Below, piece after piece: positions 53,073 to 63,097 of a stretch of DNA of 64,000 nt. This DNA is from a phage. The notes below the pieces were generated by a model that saw only the letters and a program-made list of their open reading frames with translations, was not told where the DNA came from and made no database searches. The stretch lies in the sequence record NC_101837.1. One strand, 5' to 3'. Positions within the stretch are counted from its first letter, which is position 1; each line of letters starts with the position of its first letter. Position numbers and translations under genes: made by a program.

Positions 53073-55850
53073 TTAGTGACAATCACCCCAATTACGACCA
53101 CACAGGTATTCACCTGTGATCTGGAACGGGACGCCCATCATTTTAGAAGCTTGCCAGAAGCAATGCACCACCATTTCACCCACAGGGCTCCAGATAAGTT
53201 CAAGCTTTCCGTCATCGTTCAGGATAGGATCGTACACCGTGTTTCCGTCTCTGTCAACCACTTCGTTTCCGTCCTCATCCTTGCGTGCCTTTTTGTACTT
53301 ATGACCGTCGAACACATGAAGTTTGGCCTCCTGCTCTGCCTTAAATGCTTCCAGTTCTTCGATTGTGTCGAAGGTGTACACAGTCTTATACTTCGGTGTG
53401 TCAGGGACTTGAAGCTGATATTCGTCATGGTAATAGATAATACGACGAACACCTTCATCGTACCACCCACGCTTCACCATTTGATGGTGCATGAGTATCC
53501 CAACTAAGTCACACAACGATGCGCCGCCATTTTGTTGGTATGCATTAAGTAAAGAGTGTTTAGATCGGGTCCAGATAGCATGACCATCAAAAGAGTAGAT
53601 AAACTTCTTACCCGTTGCTTCCCAGAATTTCTCCAGATCTTCTTTACGCCCCTTAAGACCAGGGTTGGCATCCCAGAGTGCATCGATTACCCTTTGTCCC
53701 AACTCTGGAGAGATGTCCAGCATATCTGCAACTTTATCTTTTTGTGCCCCATACATAACCCCATACGTGATAGGTTTACCGTCGTTACGAGACACCTCTC
53801 TACCTGCTACTTTTGTATATGCCTCAGCATTGTTTTGGTGTGCGTCCCCGTTACTTACAACATCGTAATACAGGCCGTTGTCGAACTCAAAGGCACCCCA
53901 AGCCCCGATAAGCTGCTCTAAGTTGGACCCGTCAATACCGATCTCAAAGTATCCTGGAGGAACACCCCACAGACTACGCATCTCTTTACCCATAACCACT
54001 TTAGGAGATGGTTTAGGCATGTTTGCACAAATACTGTGTTTCTGTCGGGAAGTGTTTGTTAATCCAGAACTTTTAGCAGGAAGCTTATGGTCAATCTTCA
54101 AACGTGGGTGATTAAGAAGACCAGTATCAACCTTATCCTCCTTGATTGGATCAAGGACCGATCTGCGGTTTCGCAATGATAACCACAAGACGATATCTTT
54201 AGCCATCTCTCCGTTCAATTTTTCAAGATTCGGGCATAGGTGTCCAAACGTATCTTTCAGTTGCGGAGAAGTAATAAGTGCCCTAGCTTTTCTACGTATT
54301 TTCCCGAATACTTCCTTTTTAATCCTTTCGGAGTTAGGAAAGCTTCGGAACTTGTGCACGGTTGTCTGGAACTTAGCATCAGTTTTGTTCCAGAAGTTGA
54401 TAATTAGGTCACAATACTCTGACTCTAAAAGCTCGTCCATATATGCATACACTCGTGCATCAACATCTGCATCAGGTAGAGCTTTCTTCTTGCTGTCTTT
54501 AGTTACATCCTTAGTTCTCCACATTGTCGGAAGCCAACCAGCACTGATCAGGTATCGCTTAATATCGTCCTGATTGCTGATTTTCATAGGTATCTTGCAG
54601 TCAGGCATTCGCTTCTGCTGTAGATCACTTATTGCCTGATCCATTAGCTCTTTAGGTAAAGGTTGTGGTGTGGAGGTGCCCTTGATATAGCCCCTCAAGA
54701 AATCCGCCATCTTGTCAGGGTCTTTACAGCCCATCTCTTCACACCATTTTATCCCCATCTTACTGACATCTCCTGTGGAGGTAAATGCTCGCTTAGGAGG
54801 AGCTTTGAATTCTAAAGCACTCATGTCCACAGGGTAGCCAAGCTTGTCTTTTAACCATTTCCAACCATTATTGGAGATTGTCCCATCCTGGTTAAACGGC
54901 TTTTCAGGGAACTTAGGCCGCTGAGACATTGATAACTCTTTTAAAGGAAGTTGTGGTTCAACACGATCAGCGATCTCTTTCATCCACGCATCGCAGCGGT
55001 CACGTAAAGCAATAGCCCCATCTATGTCGAAATACACACCCTGTCGAGCCTGCAGCTCCATCAGGAAATGCTGCAGCATGCCTCGGCGTAATGCATTCTT
55101 CCAGGTAATCTTCTTGAATCCTTTAGGCTTCTCTTTGGCAGGGTCATACATAAAGTTCTGCATGTCAGATTTGCCGTAGAATACACCTTTTGATTCCGCT
55201 ACCAACTCTTTCCAGAGCAACTCCTGGATGATAACGTCCTCGAACACACGATCCACATATTTCCACAGCGGAAGATCGCGCCAGTCATCAATTTGAACTT
55301 TCTGGTTACCAAGGGCGTAGCCCCATGCCATAAGGCCGTGAGGACCAACAGGTTGCATTTTCTTAGTAACCGGGTTGAATACAGCGTCCGGACAACCTTT
55401 TGGTAAAGGGCGATCAGGCCACAAGATTCGGCTCATAGCCAACGTATCAAACAGGTTAACCTGGTGGTCGTTGATAGTCCCCATGCATTTAGGATCACGG
55501 AACATATCAAAATGAATACCGGATAATCTTTCCATTAGCATAAAGTCATAACTGTAGCAGTTATGGCAGTTCAAAGCTGTTGGTGACCAGTCAGAATTGC
55601 CTGTAAGCCAACCTTCCAACTCCGAAAAATCTGCTATGCGAACTTCAAAATCTTTATAAAGAGTTTTCTTTGCCAGAATGAAGTTCTTAGCCTTTTCTAT
55701 ATCCTCCTCGGAGTAGTGTGTGCGGTCATTTAGAGGAAGGAACAGCATAAAACGGTTCTTATTCAGCTCTTTAAACAGACCGCAGTGATAATAAAGATCT
55801 GGGTCTTCCAGCAAACCGGATGACTCAAAATCGAAAGACCACATACTCAT
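53073..55850 (-). CDS. family A DNA polymerase, T7 gp5-like
   Basis: 925 aa; motif B-like KPITYGVMYGAQ, motif C YYHDE, C-terminus GRNWGDCH resembling T7 gp5 terminus (recalled); AAGGAG RBS. Confidence 0.9.
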   Translation of the reverse strand: MSMWSFDFESSGLLEDPDLYYHCGLFKELNKNRFMLFLPLNDRTHYSEEDIEKAKNFILAKKTLYKDFEVRIADFSELEGWLTGNSDWSPTALNCHNCYSYDFMLMERLSGIHFDMFRDPKCMGTINDHQVNLFDTLAMSRILWPDRPLPKGCPDAVFNPVTKKMQPVGPHGLMAWGYALGNQKVQIDDWRDLPLWKYVDRVFEDVIIQELLWKELVAESKGVFYGKSDMQNFMYDPAKEKPKGFKKITWKNALRRGMLQHFLMELQARQGVYFDIDGAIALRDRCDAWMKEIADRVEPQLPLKELSMSQRPKFPEKPFNQDGTISNNGWKWLKDKLGYPVDMSALEFKAPPKRAFTSTGDVSKMGIKWCEEMGCKDPDKMADFLRGYIKGTSTPQPLPKELMDQAISDLQQKRMPDCKIPMKISNQDDIKRYLISAGWLPTMWRTKDVTKDSKKKALPDADVDARVYAYMDELLESEYCDLIINFWNKTDAKFQTTVHKFRSFPNSERIKKEVFGKIRRKARALITSPQLKDTFGHLCPNLEKLNGEMAKDIVLWLSLRNRRSVLDPIKEDKVDTGLLNHPRLKIDHKLPAKSSGLTNTSRQKHSICANMPKPSPKVVMGKEMRSLWGVPPGYFEIGIDGSNLEQLIGAWGAFEFDNGLYYDVVSNGDAHQNNAEAYTKVAGREVSRNDGKPITYGVMYGAQKDKVADMLDISPELGQRVIDALWDANPGLKGRKEDLEKFWEATGKKFIYSFDGHAIWTRSKHSLLNAYQQNGGASLCDLVGILMHHQMVKRGWYDEGVRRIIYYHDEYQLQVPDTPKYKTVYTFDTIEELEAFKAEQEAKLHVFDGHKYKKARKDEDGNEVVDRDGNTVYDPILNDDGKLELIWSPVGEMVVHCFWQASKMMGVPFQITGEYLCGRNWGDCH

Positions 55851-55908
55851 ATACAGTTCTCCTTAAAGGGGAGGCGGTTGTACTACCCCTCCCACTCTTT
55901 GTTAAACA

Positions 55909-57987
55909 TTAAAAAGGCGTTTCATCATCCTCAAAACCAGGGACCGGGTCAGAGGATGGATCATCGTACTGGAGGTCTTCCTGCGTGTCAACAGGCTTAA
56001 CAGTAGGAGTTACAACCTTATCAGCCACAACCTTGCCCATAGGTGTTTCTACAACTGCATGCTCCTGATCCTCAAACATAGCCTGAGGTCTCCAAACAAC
56101 CTCCCCACCTTCTCCATCTGTAAACATTTGCATTTCTTTGTCCCAGTACCAATTACTGGCATCATGGAACTTACCTGTGTGCGGGTCCATAACCAAAGTG
56201 TCAGCAATACCTAGAGTTTTTGCTGGACGGTTTTTAAGACCTACCAGACGGACACGTCCACGAGAACGATCCACCATTTCTTCGGCCTCGACACCTATGA
56301 CTACCCAACTCAACTGTTCAAGCCCCGCCGATCCTCGCAAATTCTCTTTTCGCACAGGATACCAGAAAGGTAACGGGTTACCATCCTTGTCCTTAGGAGG
56401 CACAATCTCTGTACGTTTGAGGTGAGCGATCACCAAGATAAACACGTTAAACTGCTTACAAAACGCAGCCAGTTGAGTCATAGCCATGTCCAGTTCTTTT
56501 CGCTCATCCTTAACATTAAGCCCTGAAATTACCATGGACAGGTGATCCAGCACAATATAACGGCAATGGTACAGGCAAACCATTTGCTTAAGCTTGGTAA
56601 TCAACTCGTCCACCGGAATAGATCCGAAATGTTTGAACACTTTGATTTTTCCAGCTTTTGCCCATGATTGGTGAATCTCTGCGTGTTCTTGATCAGTTAA
56701 AAACTGGCTAGGATCTTCAACAAACTCTTTAACATCAAACCCTAACTGGTTTGCATACAAGGAGTTAATTGCTTCCTCTGGGTCCTCCTCAAGATGGATC
56801 ATACATAGACGATCATCCTCTTCATAGTCATCAGCCTTCTGGCATGTCGGGTCCATTAGGTATCTTGCAATACAATGTTCCAGTTTTTTAGCTACAGTTG
56901 TTTTACCGCCCCCTGATGGCCCTGTAAGCATTACGAGTGTCCCTTTGTGCAAGCCTTTTAGCATTTTTTGCAGTTTTGGGAACTCTGCGCTGATATCTAC
57001 CCCGTTGGAAGTCTTTTTCCGCAAAGACTCGATAGAGAAGTCTTCTAAATCCGACACAGCATCAGGCACATATTTAACAGGGTGCCGGAACATGTTGACA
57101 ATATCTTCCAGCTTTTTAGCCTTCAGCATGTCACGGATATCTTTTACCCCGTCAGGGTCATTTACTTCACCAGGGTATTCTACGTGGTAAACGTTATCAG
57201 CCATCAAAAATGCTGCGATATTGTGCGTGGCCTCAACACCTTTAATGACGTGTTTTTGCTTCTCTACCTCGTTAGCTGCATCGTTATCCATTGCCAGCAC
57301 AACTGTTCCATAGCTACGGATAAACTTCTCATTGTTTGCAAAAGTATCCACTGCGTTTGCACATCCACAGTTAATTCCAACAAAAGGCAGGCAGGGTTTT
57401 CCTGCCAGATCACCACCGTTGATAACTGCGTCGATCCCGTCCTGGACCTCTTTAGCCCACTGCTTCACCTTTGCCGGGGCTTTAGCGTTGGTGAGAATCC
57501 CTTTTACTTGTATCTGATATGCAGCCTGCCATGCTGCAATAACATCACCTTCCCCCTCACAAACGTTAATCTGCTTACGGTTGTTGGAAGATGCACACAG
57601 CTTTTGACCAAACATCTGGGAGTTGGCCTTTACGATGCCAACAACGGAGAAGTGGCCCCTTTGTTCTTTAGGAATAGTCCAGTCACGCTTTTTGAAACCG
57701 GACAGATTTCCGTAGCGGTCGTAATATGGGAAATATGTTGCAGTGACTGTCACACCGTCTTCTTGTGACAATGCTGATCGCACACCAAAATATTGTGCAG
57801 CCATCAGACCGATATTTTGTTGTGGGACAGGGACAATTTTAGTATTTTCTAAAACAGTCTCTACAGTTTCAACTTCTTTTTCATCACGATAGTCTCGTTT
57901 CACACTTCCCCCACTTTTATACTTAGTTGCTTTCGGGTTTGGCTCACCGAAACGGTTGTATGCAGATGCCATAAATTTACTTCCCAT
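55909..57987 (-). CDS. bifunctional primase-helicase (TOPRIM + DnaB-like), T7 gp4-like
   Basis: TOPRIM CEGEGD and DNDAAN; Walker A LTGPSGGGKTT; 692 aa; AAGGAG RBS. Confidence 0.85.
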   Translation of the reverse strand: MGSKFMASAYNRFGEPNPKATKYKSGGSVKRDYRDEKEVETVETVLENTKIVPVPQQNIGLMAAQYFGVRSALSQEDGVTVTATYFPYYDRYGNLSGFKKRDWTIPKEQRGHFSVVGIVKANSQMFGQKLCASSNNRKQINVCEGEGDVIAAWQAAYQIQVKGILTNAKAPAKVKQWAKEVQDGIDAVINGGDLAGKPCLPFVGINCGCANAVDTFANNEKFIRSYGTVVLAMDNDAANEVEKQKHVIKGVEATHNIAAFLMADNVYHVEYPGEVNDPDGVKDIRDMLKAKKLEDIVNMFRHPVKYVPDAVSDLEDFSIESLRKKTSNGVDISAEFPKLQKMLKGLHKGTLVMLTGPSGGGKTTVAKKLEHCIARYLMDPTCQKADDYEEDDRLCMIHLEEDPEEAINSLYANQLGFDVKEFVEDPSQFLTDQEHAEIHQSWAKAGKIKVFKHFGSIPVDELITKLKQMVCLYHCRYIVLDHLSMVISGLNVKDERKELDMAMTQLAAFCKQFNVFILVIAHLKRTEIVPPKDKDGNPLPFWYPVRKENLRGSAGLEQLSWVVIGVEAEEMVDRSRGRVRLVGLKNRPAKTLGIADTLVMDPHTGKFHDASNWYWDKEMQMFTDGEGGEVVWRPQAMFEDQEHAVVETPMGKVVADKVVTPTVKPVDTQEDLQYDDPSSDPVPGFEDDETPF

Positions 57988-58741
57988 TAATTCTGCTCCT
58001 TACTACAGGCTCGTTTGCTAGGAATACGGCTTTTGCCCAGCCACGTGGTGTGAGGCTTCGAATCATCTTCGTTCTTGCACTCTTTCCACCCAGCTTGGCG
58101 TGTTGCATGGAATACCCGCTAACCGCGTCAACTATTTGCGGGACAGGTTTTGTGGCTGGGATTATAAATCCATTACCTATCCAGCCGCAAGTTATTTTTG
58201 GATAGGCATCACGTGGAGCTATAAATTCAGGAAACCATGGGTTTACATCATCTTCCGGTAAATACCCGCCATAATCCGAAGGGTGAAAACGGTAATCAGG
58301 TTTGCGCCACAGTGTGGACATAACACCCACAGGATTCTCTACATGCCACGGGCAATCGTAAATCTCTCCCATCTCTTCCGCAACCCGAGCATCCTTTACA
58401 GCATTAATTTGGATCATGGGGTCCTTAGCCAGCTTTTTCTTAAAATGTGCAGCACCTGATACCGCTAAATGCGTGCACGGAGGAAATGCAAGAATAAAAT
58501 CTGGAGCCGGATACATGCAAAAAGTTTCCTGAGGGAACCACGGGTCAATCCAATAGTCCACATAGTGAATGTTGGGATGATCGGTGATCACCTCTGCATA
58601 ACTGCCGTGATCAGCGCCTTCTGCATTAAAGCACAGGCACAGGTACCCAGCTTTTGCCCAGTCAATGACTGCACCACCAGACCCGTCAAATAGACTCCAC
58701 ACAACACCTTTGTGGTAGTGTTCTTTGTAGATAAATTTCAA
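57977..58741 (-). CDS. short C5-cytosine methyltransferase-like protein (motifs I, IV, VI present, no obvious target-recognition domain); start moved to TTG after AGGAG
   Basis: SLFDGSGG (motif I), AFPPCTHLAVSG (PC motif), VENPVG (ENV motif); ORF-track GTG start lies inside a terminator hairpin. Confidence 0.5.
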   Translation of the reverse strand: MKFIYKEHYHKGVVWSLFDGSGGAVIDWAKAGYLCLCFNAEGADHGSYAEVITDHPNIHYVDYWIDPWFPQETFCMYPAPDFILAFPPCTHLAVSGAAHFKKKLAKDPMIQINAVKDARVAEEMGEIYDCPWHVENPVGVMSTLWRKPDYRFHPSDYGGYLPEDDVNPWFPEFIAPRDAYPKITCGWIGNGFIIPATKPVPQIVDAVSGYSMQHAKLGGKSARTKMIRSLTPRGWAKAVFLANEPVVRSRINGK

Positions 58742-58760
58742 TTTGCTGTCTCCTAATGCA

Positions 58761-58788
58761 AAAAGCCCCACCCTTTCGGGCAGGGCCT
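58761..58788 (-). terminator. intrinsic terminator (minus strand), copy 2 of duplicated terminator
   Basis: Same CCCCACCCTTTCGGGCAGGGC core as 48040-48068, followed by T-run on minus strand. Confidence 0.55.
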
Positions 58789-58792
58789 AGTG

Positions 58793-59275
58793 TTAAACCC
58801 GGATACCTATTGTATACTCGGTGGATACCAATGTCAAATCTAAATTTAAAATTTCTTGCATCTCATAATATGCGTCCAGGGTTAGATACATTTCCCCATC
58901 CTTTTCTGCATACTTGTCCAAGTGCTTAAGGCATTTCGGATAACTATCGAGTGCAGCTTTCAGACACTCAAATTCTGTGCTGTTAATGAATCCTTCCATC
59001 TTAGCTACCCGTTCTGGAGTAACGATAGCACTGTAGTGAGATTTAGCTTCCTGAATGCAATGGGTCCAAGCATCAACTTTCTCTTCGAAAAGCCCGAAGA
59101 ACTTCTTTTTGGTGAGCTTCAGATTCTTTAAGTGCTTAAGCACTCGGTTGCCGATCACAGCCACATCACGAAACTTAAGGATCACTTTGTCGATATCCTC
59201 GCGGCCTATTTTCACAAAGCAAGCCTCGCACATTTCAGGAGTGGCATAGCCTACTTTCCACATAAAATCTGACAT
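58793..59275 (-). CDS. hypothetical protein
   Basis: 160 aa. Confidence 0.5.
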   Translation of the reverse strand: MSDFMWKVGYATPEMCEACFVKIGREDIDKVILKFRDVAVIGNRVLKHLKNLKLTKKKFFGLFEEKVDAWTHCIQEAKSHYSAIVTPERVAKMEGFINSTEFECLKAALDSYPKCLKHLDKYAEKDGEMYLTLDAYYEMQEILNLDLTLVSTEYTIGIRV

Positions 59276-59287
59276 AACACCCTCCCC

Positions 59288-59683
59288 TTATTCCTGAAAA
59301 GCAACGATATCATATGAACTTGCAGATGATCCTGGTGAAGAATGACTCCAGTCTAGGTCATCAGAGTAGTCAGCGTACTGTGCACCACTACGTAGTTTGT
59401 ATTTTACCCACTTACCTGGTGCAGGGTTTTCACCACCTTCCCATACTTCCCAGCCTTCTGGCAGGCCGTCCTGGGGGTAGTCATCCACCTCACTAATAAT
59501 CTTAGGGTTTGGCACCAAGATCCCTGCAGGCTCTTCCTTCCTGATAAGTGTCCACACAGCGTAGGTGTCTGAGCAGGCGCATGATAGCAAAGTATATCCA
59601 CTATTCAGAACTTCTGCAAGCTCTTTCTCAGCATCTTCCAACTTGGTTAAGTGGTATTGGACAATCTTCACATCTGTAATCAT
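59288..59683 (-). CDS. hypothetical acidic protein
   Basis: 131 aa. Confidence 0.5.
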   Translation of the reverse strand: MITDVKIVQYHLTKLEDAEKELAEVLNSGYTLLSCACSDTYAVWTLIRKEEPAGILVPNPKIISEVDDYPQDGLPEGWEVWEGGENPAPGKWVKYKLRSGAQYADYSDDLDWSHSSPGSSASSYDIVAFQE

Positions 59684-60027
59684 CAGAAACCTCCCACTTC
59701 TTCGGCAAATGCAGCTGCTGTCGTCGCTGCATCAAGATAGGACTCTAGTTCACGGGCTGCACGTTTGTAAATTGAGTGGCGCATATCGTTTGGCAGTTTG
59801 TGGAAGTCCACCTCTTCACCGTTGTGGTAAACATGCACATCAGTGATCTGTCTAAATCCATAATAGTCAACATCAGAATCACGACACTCTGGGTCTGGCA
59901 ACTGGACAACTGCCTGAGCTTCCACAGTGAACATATCGTCAAGTTCAAAATCGATTTCAAAAGTGTATGGTTTATAACGTTTCATCATTTGATTGTACTC
60001 TTTATTGATCAGACTTATCTTTCGCAA
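59683..60027 (-). CDS. hypothetical protein
   Basis: 114 aa. Confidence 0.5.
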   Translation of the reverse strand: MRKISLINKEYNQMMKRYKPYTFEIDFELDDMFTVEAQAVVQLPDPECRDSDVDYYGFRQITDVHVYHNGEEVDFHKLPNDMRHSIYKRAARELESYLDAATTAAAFAEEVGGF

Positions 60028-61327
60028 CTAAGGCCGGGGCAAGTTTGTAATAACGGAAGCCACCACCACCTTGCCAGTTTACAGACTTAGAAATACCACC
60101 TTGATCTTCGCCATCGATCACTTTTTCCAAGCGCGGAATAATATGGGTATGACAATGATCACCTAGCTCGATTGAGATCCAGCGTCTTTTCATCTTATGA
60201 GCTACAGCAGCAGTAGTTCCCGAACCACCGAATGAATCCAATACCAAATCGCCTTCTCGCGTGCACATTTCGAAAATCCGCTTCAAAAGCGCTTCTGGTT
60301 TTTTCCCATTTTTGAAACTAACGCCGCCTTCATTTGCTATTCCATTCCAACTAATGTCTGTCCAAACATCAGTTATTAGTTCCGCAGGTTGCATCTCACC
60401 GTCAATTTCCAAAAGCCTATTGGAGTAAAAGACCATTTGCCTACCATTTGCGATATAAAATCCTTCAACATCCTCATTTGGATGTACATAAACCTTATCC
60501 CTATCTTTCTTTGACTTCTCGATAGTTTCTTTTCTCTTTATTTTAGCACCACCACCAATTGCAACAGATTGAAATACACGTTCTGCATTATCAATTGCGA
60601 ATTGTGCTAATTCATCATCGAATGTATCAGGCAGTTTTTTCTTGGCTTCTTTTGCATCTTTATAGCCATTGGCCTTTGCAAACGCATCGGCAATACTGCA
60701 CCACGTCCAATTTTTATAATGGTCATCCGGGTTTAATAGGTATTTGTTATATCCTGTATCATACCCTTTAGGTATATAGATTTTGTTAAGCGGTTTCTGG
60801 GTGCGATCTTTTGCATATACAAGCAAAAAGTTTGCTGTGGAGAAAACTGTGGCTCCTGTTGCCTTAAATCCCGAAGGGGAATTTGTGGTCATCGATATGG
60901 TATTTAACTGATTTGCACGACCAAAAATCTCGTCCATCAAAACTTTTAAATACGCCATTTCGCAATCATCTAAGTGAACGAATATTACCCCATCATCACT
61001 TAGAAGATTACGAATTATTTCTAACCTATCCCTCATTAAGCCCAGCCAAATGGAATGCTCCAGGCTATCATCGTAATGCTCAAAAGCCCTCCCGGTATTG
61101 AATGGTGGGTCTATGTAAACACACTTCACTTTGCCTGCATACTCTTGCTCTAGCGCCTTCAATGCTAATAAGTTATCTCCAAAAATCAGTTTATTATCAA
61201 AAATATCGTTTTCGGTCACTTTCTGGCTGTGGTAAGATTTGCTAGAATCTTCTAACAAAATGTGTGGCTCTAACTTTTTGCGCTCGTTTTTACCTATCCA
61301 GGTAAGTTCTAATTTGGTTTTGCTCAT
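60002..61327 (-). CDS. orphan DNA methyltransferase, N4/N6 beta-class (Mod-like)
   Basis: N-terminal LTWIGK, motif IV VYIDPPFNTG, motif I DLVLDSFGGSGTTAAVA. Confidence 0.75.
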   Translation of the reverse strand: MSKTKLELTWIGKNERKKLEPHILLEDSSKSYHSQKVTENDIFDNKLIFGDNLLALKALEQEYAGKVKCVYIDPPFNTGRAFEHYDDSLEHSIWLGLMRDRLEIIRNLLSDDGVIFVHLDDCEMAYLKVLMDEIFGRANQLNTISMTTNSPSGFKATGATVFSTANFLLVYAKDRTQKPLNKIYIPKGYDTGYNKYLLNPDDHYKNWTWCSIADAFAKANGYKDAKEAKKKLPDTFDDELAQFAIDNAERVFQSVAIGGGAKIKRKETIEKSKKDRDKVYVHPNEDVEGFYIANGRQMVFYSNRLLEIDGEMQPAELITDVWTDISWNGIANEGGVSFKNGKKPEALLKRIFEMCTREGDLVLDSFGGSGTTAAVAHKMKRRWISIELGDHCHTHIIPRLEKVIDGEDQGGISKSVNWQGGGGFRYYKLAPALVAKDKSDQ

Positions 61328-61388
61328 CGTTTGGTGCTCTCCTTAGTTTTTTGTGGGGAGGAGGCCTCCCCTTTATACTCACATCTTA

Positions 61389-61730
61389 CTACTCAAGGTC
61401 TTCAGAGTCAAGCTCAAAAAGAATCAAACTGTGCATGCCTGCAGATAGATTAACACACCCTGCAACAATAAGGGTCTGATAGTAAGGTTCAGCACCCTCA
61501 ATGTCTTCGTTAAAATCCACAACAAGGTAGTCACCTTTGTTAAAGGTGTATTTGTCCGATGTAAACGCAAAACCTGCCCAGTCCCCTACTGCAGGGTCTT
61601 TATCAGTCACCTTTGTTAACAGTAGATCTTTTTCACGGGATCTTTTAGTAAAATCGTGAATCACAACATCCTTCTCTTCAGGAGTTGGATTGCCACACAC
61701 GTAGTTAACTATATTTCTCCACAAACTCAT
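61389..61730 (-). CDS. hypothetical protein
   Basis: 113 aa, coupled to helicase gene. Confidence 0.5.
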   Translation of the reverse strand: MSLWRNIVNYVCGNPTPEEKDVVIHDFTKRSREKDLLLTKVTDKDPAVGDWAGFAFTSDKYTFNKGDYLVVDFNEDIEGAEPYYQTLIVAGCVNLSAGMHSLILFELDSEDLE

Positions 61731-63097
61731 ACGTCCCCCTCTTCGGCTCTGGTTTCAAAATCTTTCCTGACAATTTTGTCCAAGTCAGGGAATGTTGTAT
61801 TGTAAAACTCTACGACTCGCGGGTCAACAATAATGTCAACTTCTCTTAGTGGACGCAACAAGTTTATTCCTTGTATTGTCTTAACCCGACTCAAAGCAAC
61901 ATACGTCATCCCAGGAGAGAAAGCTCCGTTCTTTCCAAGGTCCAGGTTGTAACAATCTAGCGTAAGTCCTTGACTTTTATGAGATGTTACGGCATACCCA
62001 GATTTCAGAGGAAGTTGCCTGTATGACCCAATCACTACCCTCTCTATAAACTTCTCCATCTTCCTTTCTGCAATGTTGTATCTCTGAGATGGCTTATACT
62101 CGTTATTTTCCCACAACCTCTGCTCTATGTCAACCTGTGTTCCATCTTCAAGCTCTACCACCACCGCCTTGTTCTTAAATTTAACAATTGTGGCACGTGT
62201 TCCGTTAACATAATAAGGTACTTTGTGCGTCGGGTCAACATCGTTGGCGGTTATCATAACTTTCATGCCAATTTTCAACTTCATCTCCTGCTCAACTGGC
62301 AGGGTGGAGGGAAACTTACCCTTCATTTCACCAGTGTATACCTTCTCTGGGGCGTTGATGGCATCATAGAACCTTCTGTTCACTTCCTCTGCTTGTTTGT
62401 TGGTGGCGCAAATTGTGAGAGCGTCTGTTGGTACACCGCCTTTGTAACAGCGAGCATTAAGTTCTGCTACAACCTCTTTTATGCGACGACCCTCACGAAC
62501 ACAGTTGAGCATTGTGGCAAATCGAATAGACTCCTGTCGGAACTGGTCTATTAGGGCTATGTTGTGAAGGTCCAGCTCTTTCCAAGATTCGGTATAGCAA
62601 CACAGGTCCGTATGGTAGAAGTTGAAATAGGCTTCCTTCTCCACAGAAGAGACAACAGGAGGTGCCTGGTAAAAATCGCCAAACAATATGACCTGTATGC
62701 CTCCGAAAGGTTTGTCATTTTTTCGAAGGAAGCGGAGTTTCCTATCCATCTCTATAAACTTATCAGCACGGATCATAGAGATTTCATCGATAATTAGGAT
62801 GGTAAATGCCTTGCTTTTCAAAGGCTTTGCTGTTTTTGCCCTTATTGCGGTCCAGTCTGACTCCATGCTCACACCTGCTGCAAGATCGAAGGTTCGGTGT
62901 GCTGTTGCTCCATTAACGTTTAAAGCGGCTACCCCTGTCGGGGCAACCGTTATGCAAGAGTCTCCATACATCGACTGGATCATGTTGATGAGATACGTCT
63001 TCCCACAACCTGCAGGTCCTGAAACGAAGACATTCTCACCGCTCATGATTGCAACGAGGGCAGCATCTGTGCCTACATCATACTGCCCTTTTTCCAT
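61727..63097 (-). CDS. SF1 DNA helicase, Dda/RecD/PIF1-like
   Basis: Walker A VSGPAGCGKTY, Walker B LIIDEISM, 456 aa. Confidence 0.8.
   Translation of the reverse strand: MEKGQYDVGTDAALVAIMSGENVFVSGPAGCGKTYLINMIQSMYGDSCITVAPTGVAALNVNGATAHRTFDLAAGVSMESDWTAIRAKTAKPLKSKAFTILIIDEISMIRADKFIEMDRKLRFLRKNDKPFGGIQVILFGDFYQAPPVVSSVEKEAYFNFYHTDLCCYTESWKELDLHNIALIDQFRQESIRFATMLNCVREGRRIKEVVAELNARCYKGGVPTDALTICATNKQAEEVNRRFYDAINAPEKVYTGEMKGKFPSTLPVEQEMKLKIGMKVMITANDVDPTHKVPYYVNGTRATIVKFKNKAVVVELEDGTQVDIEQRLWENNEYKPSQRYNIAERKMEKFIERVVIGSYRQLPLKSGYAVTSHKSQGLTLDCYNLDLGKNGAFSPGMTYVALSRVKTIQGINLLRPLREVDIIVDPRVVEFYNTTFPDLDKIVRKDFETRAEEGDV

Noticed and set aside
58741-58771. ORF-track GTG start of the C5-MTase-like gene at 58771
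   Set aside because: That start lies inside the upstream terminator hairpin; an in-frame TTG at 58741 preceded by AGGAG gives motif I near the N-terminus as expected.
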